From: Polyangiaceae bacterium
Lineage (GTDB): Bacteria > Myxococcota_A > Polyangia > Polyangiales > Polyangiaceae
Reading direction: 5' to 3'
NCBI GenBank assembly: GCA_050287085.1
Contig: JBNKBE010000003.1
Location: 111,350 to 175,349, forward strand
DNA length: 64,000 bases
Under the pieces are notes generated by a model. It made no database searches. It had not been told where the DNA came from and saw only the letters and a list, made by a program, of their open reading frames with translations. Both the position numbers and the translations under genes were made by a program. Positions 57,965-64,000 of the stretch are shown here, piece after piece (the stretch's first letter is position 1; the number at the start of each line of letters is the position of its first letter).

Positions 57965-58043
57965 ACCACGGGTGGAGGCGCTGAGCTCGGCCCATCGTGC
58001 GAATATTTGGGCCCGAAGCCACGACCATGCTAGCGCAGTCGGT

Positions 58044-58505
58044 ATGCGACTGCGCTCCTACGTCTCGGTAGCCTGGATAGCGAGCTTGTTGCTTGTACCG
58101 AGTGCTCCCGCCCAGGCCAAGAGTAGCACGTGGCTCGCCTACTCCCGCACGCAGGTCTACAGCAGCGCCTTGCGCTACCTGCGGGTGGATCTCGGACTCG
58201 AGGTGGTCGAGCGCGATAGCGACGCCGCTTATCTACTATTCCGCTACGATGCGCCCCAAAACGCAGAACACTTGGGTGCGTTCGAGATCGTCGAGCAAGA
58301 GGAAGGAGTGCGCATTTCTGTCCAGCTCCCCAAAGCTCCCAACTACCGAGAAGCGATGCTGCGGGACGGCTTGGTCAAGAAGATCCGTGGGGACTACGGC
58401 CAACCTCCGAACAAGTCCAAACCTCCAGAGCCCGACGCAGACTCAGACTCCGAGGATAAAGATCAGGAAAAGACCACTGACGACGGAAAATCCACCGCAA
58501 GCTAG
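58044..58505 (+). CDS. Hypothetical secreted protein
   Basis: Signal peptide (AQA-K), compact alpha/beta core and charged tail. Start set at ATG 58044. Confidence 0.7.
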   Translation: MRLRSYVSVAWIASLLLVPSAPAQAKSSTWLAYSRTQVYSSALRYLRVDLGLEVVERDSDAAYLLFRYDAPQNAEHLGAFEIVEQEEGVRISVQLPKAPNYREAMLRDGLVKKIRGDYGQPPNKSKPPEPDADSDSEDKDQEKTTDDGKSTAS

Positions 58506-58630
58506 GACGGCTGAGAGCGCGTCTTGGCCACTGGCCTCACGACCCGTCGTTTGAGCCGCACTCCGTCCCGCAAACAGCGTCCGTTTCCCTAGCGGTCGCC
58601 GCCAGCGGCAGCTAGACCACAAGGGCCGCC

Positions 58631-59803
58631 ATGGTGGACCCTGAGCAAACGCTGCCCCAAAGCATCGGCCGCTACCAGGTCGTACGCGAGTTGGGCAAAG
58701 GGGCTATGGGACGTGTGCTGCTGGCACACGATCCGGTGTTGGAACGCCACGTCGCCATCAAACACCTGCGCGCGGATCTCAACATTGCGCCGGAGCAAAA
58801 AGCACCACTCCTCGAGCGCATGCGCCAGGAGGCCCGGGCTTCGGCGCGCATCAGTCACCCCAACCTGATCGTATTGCACGACATGGGTGAAGCCCAGGAG
58901 GTGGAGCTCTATCTCGTATTTGAATACGTGGCGGGCCCCACCCTGAAGGAGCGCTTATCCCGGGGGCCACTTGGCGCGAGTGAAGCTGCACGCCTGGCCA
59001 AACAACTCGGACGAGCACTGAGCTACGCGCACCGCGCCGGGATCGTGCACCGTGACGTCAAACCCGAAAACGTGATTCTTGCCGAGACCGGCGCGAAGGT
59101 CGCAGACTTCGGCATCGCGCGGGTCCCTGATTCGACGCTGACGCTTGGCGGGGGAGTGCTCGGCACGCCAGCCTACAGCGCTCCGGAAGCTCTTCGAGGG
59201 AGCAAGTTTTCCCCTCGCAGCGACCAATTCTCGATGGCAGCAACCCTGTACGAGGCCATCTCTGGACACCGGGCCTTCCCGGGCGACGACGCCATGGCCG
59301 TAGCGTCTCTGATCACAACGGATGAACCGCCTCCGATCGCGGCCCTGTGCAACCTCCCAGTACAGGTCGACGTCGTGCTCGCCCGAGCCCTGTCCAAGCA
59401 CCCGAAGTCACGCTTCGACGACTGCGGGCGCTTCGGTCACGCGCTGGCTGAGGCGCTGGACGGCAATCCGCGCGCGCCAATGCCCACGGTCCCGGACTTC
59501 TACCACCAGCCGCGCTCGCGTGTCCCCACGCTGCTGATGGGCGCAAGTGCAGGATTGCTCTGCGCCGCGGGCACATGGTTCGCCCTCCAGACATTTCAGA
59601 CACCCCTGGGTGGCACGCAGAGCGCAGGGCGCGAGCGTGCCACCCCCTTTGACGAGGAGGACCCCGCCGCGGTCGCTTGGCTTCGTGAGAGCCCAGCGCG
59701 CAAGACCCGGGATCCGGCTGGTGCCGATCCGAGTGAAGACGATGAGCGCCCGGCGCGGCCGGACGTGCCCGCCGCGCCTTCAACGGACAAGGCCAATCGG
59801 TGA
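58631..59803 (+). CDS. Hanks-type Ser/Thr protein kinase with TM helix
   Basis: LGKGAMGRV, VAIK, HRDVKPEN, DFG, GTPAYSAPE, SDQFS. Confidence 0.95.
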   Translation: MVDPEQTLPQSIGRYQVVRELGKGAMGRVLLAHDPVLERHVAIKHLRADLNIAPEQKAPLLERMRQEARASARISHPNLIVLHDMGEAQEVELYLVFEYVAGPTLKERLSRGPLGASEAARLAKQLGRALSYAHRAGIVHRDVKPENVILAETGAKVADFGIARVPDSTLTLGGGVLGTPAYSAPEALRGSKFSPRSDQFSMAATLYEAISGHRAFPGDDAMAVASLITTDEPPPIAALCNLPVQVDVVLARALSKHPKSRFDDCGRFGHALAEALDGNPRAPMPTVPDFYHQPRSRVPTLLMGASAGLLCAAGTWFALQTFQTPLGGTQSAGRERATPFDEEDPAAVAWLRESPARKTRDPAGADPSEDDERPARPDVPAAPSTDKANR

Positions 59804-60768
59804 CTTCGAGCACACCCCGCAAGGTCGCGGCGGTGCCGTCGTGTGTCCGGCCTCCGTCTGCTGGAGCGCACGCGGCCTGGCTGCTCGTGGCCGCAGCAGC
59901 CTTGGTGGTGACCGTGACAAGCCCGCACCCCGTCGCACGGGCCCAGATTGGCAACCTGCACTCAGTGCCGACCAGCGAGCGGTGGCTCAGACTCCCGGCG
60001 CCCGCACTACACGACACGGCACGTTTTGCCGCCGGCACCTTCAAGATGGGCTCAACCCCCGATGACGTCATCGCGGCCTACGCCGACTGCACGCGCGAAC
60101 CCCTCAAGCAGTGGTGCGATCCGAGTCAATTCACCGATGAAACGCCGGTGCGACACATCCGACTGAGCGCCTTCGAACTCCAACTCTTCGAGGTTTCCGC
60201 CGAGCTCTATGATCGCTGCGTGCGCGCCGGACGTTGCCGCCCTCAGCTTTACACAGCCCACACGCGCGCCGCCAACCCGCTATGGCCCGCCACCGGGGTG
60301 AGTTGGTACGACGCCCGGGACTACTGCGCCTTTCATGGCATGCGACTCCCCACCGAGGCGGAATTTGAGCGGGCCGCACGCGGGACCGCAGGCCGCAAGT
60401 ATCCGTGGGGCGAGCTCTACAACCAGCGGGTCGTCAATCACGGGCGACTCGCCACCGAGACAAGAAGCGACAGCGACGGCTATCTCACTCTCGCCCCCAT
60501 TGACGCGTTGCCCGAGGGCAGATCCCCTGAAGGCCTCCACCACTTGGTCGGCAACGTCGCGGAGTGGACCTGGGATCGCTACGCTGCCACGTACGCCCGC
60601 GAGGACGTCACCGACCCCCAGGGCCCTCACGGACCGAATGCCCCCGAGGAGCGCACGTTGCGAGGCGGTCACTACGAAAGCCCCGCCAGCGATCTGCGCG
60701 CCGCCACGCGCTTTTCGGCCAAGCCAGACGAGCGACGTCCCACGTTTGGCTTTCGCTGCGCGCGTTGA
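59800..60768 (+). CDS. FGE-sulfatase (SUMF1/PvdO-like) domain protein
   Basis: GTFKMGS, EVS...Y..CV..G.C, VSW.DA..YC...G.RLPTEAEFERAARG, YPWG, GNVAEW, RGG, GFRCA. GTGA overlap with the kinase. Confidence 0.9.
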   Translation: MTSSTPRKVAAVPSCVRPPSAGAHAAWLLVAAAALVVTVTSPHPVARAQIGNLHSVPTSERWLRLPAPALHDTARFAAGTFKMGSTPDDVIAAYADCTREPLKQWCDPSQFTDETPVRHIRLSAFELQLFEVSAELYDRCVRAGRCRPQLYTAHTRAANPLWPATGVSWYDARDYCAFHGMRLPTEAEFERAARGTAGRKYPWGELYNQRVVNHGRLATETRSDSDGYLTLAPIDALPEGRSPEGLHHLVGNVAEWTWDRYAATYAREDVTDPQGPHGPNAPEERTLRGGHYESPASDLRAATRFSAKPDERRPTFGFRCAR

Positions 60769-60783
60769 GTATGCTGCCGCGTC

Positions 60784-61371
60784 ATGCTCGAGCTCCCCGT
60801 TTGCCGGGCCACGCGCTTCGTGTTGGTTGGCCCCCACTACCCGGAAAACGTCGGCGCCGCGGCCCGCGCTATGAAGACGATGGGGCTCAGGCATCTGATT
60901 CTAGTGCAGCCCGGGCGCCTAGCGCGACCCGAGCATCCGATGGCTAGAAAGATGGCCGTAAAGGCCTGGGACGTCCTCGAAAATGCAACTCTGCTGCCCA
61001 GCGTCTCGGAAGCCCTGCGCGGCGTTGACGTCACCTTCGCCACAACCTCCCGCCGTGGCCAGCGCGGGACGTACAGTTGCCGGGAGGCTGCCACCATCGC
61101 CCAGCGGGAGGCCGCCGCGGGAAAGCAGCTCGCGGTCCTCTTTGGCAATGAGAAGACAGGCCTGACCCGTCACGATCTGGCGCTCGTACAATACGGCCTG
61201 CGCATTCCCATGGCGGCACAGCAGCCATCGCTGAACCTGGCGCAATGCTGCCAGGTGGTCGGCTACGAGTGGTTCTCGGTCGGTCTGGAACAACGCAGAA
61301 GTGGCACAAGCCAAGACGCAGCCCCCAACCCAGGACTCGCCGCGACACACCCCCCGAGCCGTTCGCCATGA
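60784..61371 (+). CDS. trmJ: TrmJ/LasT family SPOUT RNA methyltransferase
   Basis: PENVGAAARAMKTMG, LFGNEKTGL, SLNLAQ. Confidence 0.8.
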   Translation: MLELPVCRATRFVLVGPHYPENVGAAARAMKTMGLRHLILVQPGRLARPEHPMARKMAVKAWDVLENATLLPSVSEALRGVDVTFATTSRRGQRGTYSCREAATIAQREAAAGKQLAVLFGNEKTGLTRHDLALVQYGLRIPMAAQQPSLNLAQCCQVVGYEWFSVGLEQRRSGTSQDAAPNPGLAATHPPSRSP

Positions 61372-62564
61372 AACACCAGGGACCAGAAGCGCCCGCGCGA
61401 TCGCCTGCAGCGCGGCGCGGAACTCGCCTTGGGCGCCGCTGGATAGGGTGGGCGTTTGCCTTGCAAGCGCTGGCCTGCATGGCCGCGCCCCCCGCCGAAT
61501 TCACGGCAGCCACGCGCGCCGCCGAAGCAGCCCGACTCCGAGGTTACCCGCGCCTCGCGGCCGAGCAGTGGGACCGGGCAGCTCAGAGCGCGGACGCGCC
61601 GAATGATCGCGACGAAGCCCGCTATCGCGCTGCCCAGATGTACCTCAAGGCGGGAGACACCCCGCGGGCCCGGAGCCGCCTACGCGCCCTAGCCCAGAAG
61701 CCGGCCGGGGCTCGCACCGCGCGCGCCGCCTTTGAGCTCGCCTACCTCGAACGCGCGCAGGGCCACCGAGCTGGCATTGCAGAGCTGGAAGCCTGCGTGA
61801 AGCGCTTTCCGGACTCCGGTCTGACGACACGAGCCTTGCGCGAACTCGCCCGGCACTATCGCGAAGAAGGCGATCCGCTGCAAGCCGCCGAGCGGCTCAA
61901 GCAGTTCAGCACCGGGCGCAACCGAGCGGACGAATTGTCTCGTTTCTTGCGGGCTGAGCTGCTCGAAGCAGCTGGACAGACGGAAGCGGCGCTGACGACC
62001 TACCTGGAACTCGCCCGACGCTACCCCTACCCGCGGGGCGCCTATTGGGACGACGCGATGCTGAACGCCGCTGCCGTGGCGCAACAGACGCACCAGTACA
62101 AGCGAGCTCTCTCCGTGCTTGATGAGCTTCTGGCCCGACGCGAAAGCGCAACCTGGGTGGGAAGCTATGAACGGCGGTACGCCGAAGCCGAGTTGGCACG
62201 CGCCAAGCTACTGCTAGGCGGAAGCCCCGGCGACCAACAACATGCCCTGGAACGACTCGAAGCCATACCGAGTCAATATCCGACGAGCCGTCTGCGGGAC
62301 GACGCGCTGTGGCTGGCGGCGCGCGTTGGGCGAGCTCGCGGTGAATCGGAGCGAGCTTGTCGCTCGCTCCGCCGCATTGCTGAACTCACCCCGGAGTCGC
62401 GTTACCTCAGCTGCTTCTCTTGGCTTTGCCCCTGTCAAGGAGCCGCCAACTCAGCCACCCATTGCTGGGTGCCTGCTGTCAAACCGTGCTCGAACGCCAT
62501 CGTTCACGAGCTCAGCCAGCCACTGGTTTCAGCCAGCCGCCAGCCGGACTCCGCTGCTCGTTGA
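61368..62564 (+). CDS. TPR-containing putative lipoprotein
   Basis: Signal-like ALQALAC; repeated helical motifs with FPDS, YPYP and YPTSRLRDDALW. ATGA overlap with trmJ. Confidence 0.75.
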   Translation: MKHQGPEAPARSPAARRGTRLGRRWIGWAFALQALACMAAPPAEFTAATRAAEAARLRGYPRLAAEQWDRAAQSADAPNDRDEARYRAAQMYLKAGDTPRARSRLRALAQKPAGARTARAAFELAYLERAQGHRAGIAELEACVKRFPDSGLTTRALRELARHYREEGDPLQAAERLKQFSTGRNRADELSRFLRAELLEAAGQTEAALTTYLELARRYPYPRGAYWDDAMLNAAAVAQQTHQYKRALSVLDELLARRESATWVGSYERRYAEAELARAKLLLGGSPGDQQHALERLEAIPSQYPTSRLRDDALWLAARVGRARGESERACRSLRRIAELTPESRYLSCFSWLCPCQGAANSATHCWVPAVKPCSNAIVHELSQPLVSASRQPDSAAR

Positions 62565-62658
62565 CACGAGCCATCGCTTCGACCCAACCGACGCCCACGG
62601 CTTCAACCAAGCGCCCGTCGGTGCAAACGCCCAGCGCCCCGACGCGCCCAGCGCGGGC

Positions 62659-63066
62659 TCAGTCGTCGTCATCGTCGAGTACCGGGTCATCGAACTCTAC
62701 GTCCGGATCACCCGTCTCGTCGATATCCTCTTCTTCTTCCTCTTCCTCTTCTTCCTCGTCGTCCTCGTCGTCGTCGTCCCCCATCTCTTTGAGGTCGAAC
62801 TTGAGGTCGATCCGCAACTCAGCAAGCTGAGTTTCGAGCAACTCCAAGAGCTCATCAACGTCGTCGCCACTCCACTCGTCGAGGACGTCCGTTAAATGCT
62901 CATAGAAATCAGCGCTGTCCAGGCGACGCTCGATCTCTTCGACCTGCTCCTCGCCGAACGCCTCGTAGATTTCCTCACGGAGGGCGTCCATGTCGCCCTC
63001 CTCAACCGCCTCCTGGGCGGCGACCCGAATCTGCCGGGTGGCGCGCCGATCGAGGTATATTTCCAT
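62659..63066 (-). CDS. Highly acidic hypothetical protein with poly-Asp/Glu tail
   Basis: 135-aa ORF, GAGGAG upstream, helical acidic core and D/E-rich C-terminus. Confidence 0.82.
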   Translation of the reverse strand: MEIYLDRRATRQIRVAAQEAVEEGDMDALREEIYEAFGEEQVEEIERRLDSADFYEHLTDVLDEWSGDDVDELLELLETQLAELRIDLKFDLKEMGDDDDEDDEEEEEEEEEEDIDETGDPDVEFDDPVLDDDDD

Positions 63067-63282
63067 CTTCGTCGGTACTCCTCGAGAATCCTGATGGCGT
63101 TTAGACAGACGGTGATTGCGGCGTCAAGAGCCGTTGCAGCCGTCGCGCTGAGCCTCGGGCGACCGGCAGGACTGGAGTGAAGTGGCGAGCATTGGTATTC
63201 GCACGAATACCCAGCTTTAATGCGTTGAGGGACTGTCGAGGGCAATCCCGAGGCGAGGCCTCATACCCGAAAGCATCAAACC

Positions 63283-64000
63283 GTGAACTGCGAGCGCTGC
63301 GGCGGGGACAACCCGGACCAAATCACTTTCTGTCGGCATTGTGGCAATCGTCTAGCGGCGGGAGCGTTGTCATCGCGTCCTAACCCCGCGCCGCCCGCGG
63401 CGACGACGCTTTGCCTGCGCTGTGGAGCGGAAAACGCAGCGAAGCTGCGCTACTGCGGCACCTGCGGCACAACCCTAGAGCGCAGCGCTGAGGGTGGCGC
63501 CCAAGCACCGGCCGCCACCGCGGCGGAAGTGCTCCGCGCGCCTGCGGGTGGAGCTAGCACCGAAGCCAATAGAACAGCGCTCTCGGCTCAGAAGCGACCG
63601 AGCCCGGCGGGCGCTGTGCCCGCCGCGCAGGTGGCCAATCGAAGCTGCTGGCGCTGCCACGCGGAAGTTGGGTCCCGCGCAGCGTTCTGTCAGGAATGCG
63701 GAGCCGACTTGCGAAGTGGTTCCGCCACCGCGCCGCCGCCCGCGAGACTGATCGTCATCGCCCAGGACGGAACACCAGGAAGAGAGTACCCGATCGAAGG
63801 CGGAACACTCGAAATCGGTCGCGAGAGTGGACACATCGTCCTCAGAGAAGACCCCTATGTCTGCCCCAACCATGCACGCATCTTCTTTGACGCAGGGCGC
63901 TTTCAGCTCCGCAATCAAAGCGCCGTCAACGGTGTGTATGTGCGTCTGACCGCCACGACGCCACTGCAGGACGGGGATCTGGTTCTGGCGGGTTTACAGG
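63283..64000 (+). CDS. Triple zinc-ribbon plus FHA domain protein; 3' end runs off the window
   Basis: Not in the ORF track. GTG 63283; CERC/CRHC, CLRC/CGTC, CWRC/CQEC, then an FHA-like segment EIGRESG...DPYVCPNHARI...NGVYVRL...LQDGD. Confidence 0.85.
   Translation, partial: MNCERCGGDNPDQITFCRHCGNRLAAGALSSRPNPAPPAATTLCLRCGAENAAKLRYCGTCGTTLERSAEGGAQAPAATAAEVLRAPAGGASTEANRTALSAQKRPSPAGAVPAAQVANRSCWRCHAEVGSRAAFCQECGADLRSGSATAPPPARLIVIAQDGTPGREYPIEGGTLEIGRESGHIVLREDPYVCPNHARIFFDAGRFQLRNQSAVNGVYVRLTATTPLQDGDLVLAGLQ

Noticed and set aside
59800..60768. FGE/CLec-fold gene as a diversity-generating retroelement target
   Set aside because: No reverse transcriptase and no second copy of its 3' end (template repeat) is visible in the window.
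62715..62780. TCTTCC/TCG microsatellite-like tract
   Set aside because: Explained by poly-Glu/Asp codons of the acidic protein.

Overview
GC-rich bacterial window whose gene content points to a myxobacterium (Myxococcota, probably Polyangiaceae-like; inferred from RomX-like, Glt-like, PEGA, FGE-like and Ser/Thr kinase genes). About half is housekeeping: class I lysS, pepP, rluB, lepA, an M16 peptidase pair, a phosphomannomutase, rlmN, mazG, cysK, ygfZ, rluD, maf, era, der and trmJ. The main accessory block is a minus-strand cluster at about 32.6-46.6 kb. It encodes a Glt/Nfs-like envelope machine (GltC/D/E/F/G-like) with no recognisable motor genes. A secreted helical protein, an outer-membrane beta-barrel and a short OPX polysaccharide-export lipoprotein follow it directly, and an ECF sigma/anti-sigma pair is divergent from it. 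Other notable items are a spirochaete-like class I LysRS, a class II amidotransferase homologue lacking its catalytic residues, an unpartnered ArsA/Get3-like subunit, and a ribbon-helix-helix regulator with a palindrome-rich sigma70 promoter. Two real genes that run off the window edges (1..3840 minus, 63283..64000 plus) are missing from the ORF track. I saw no rRNA, tRNA, CRISPR array, transposase or integrase. All family calls come from motif recognition by eye; no database searches were run.
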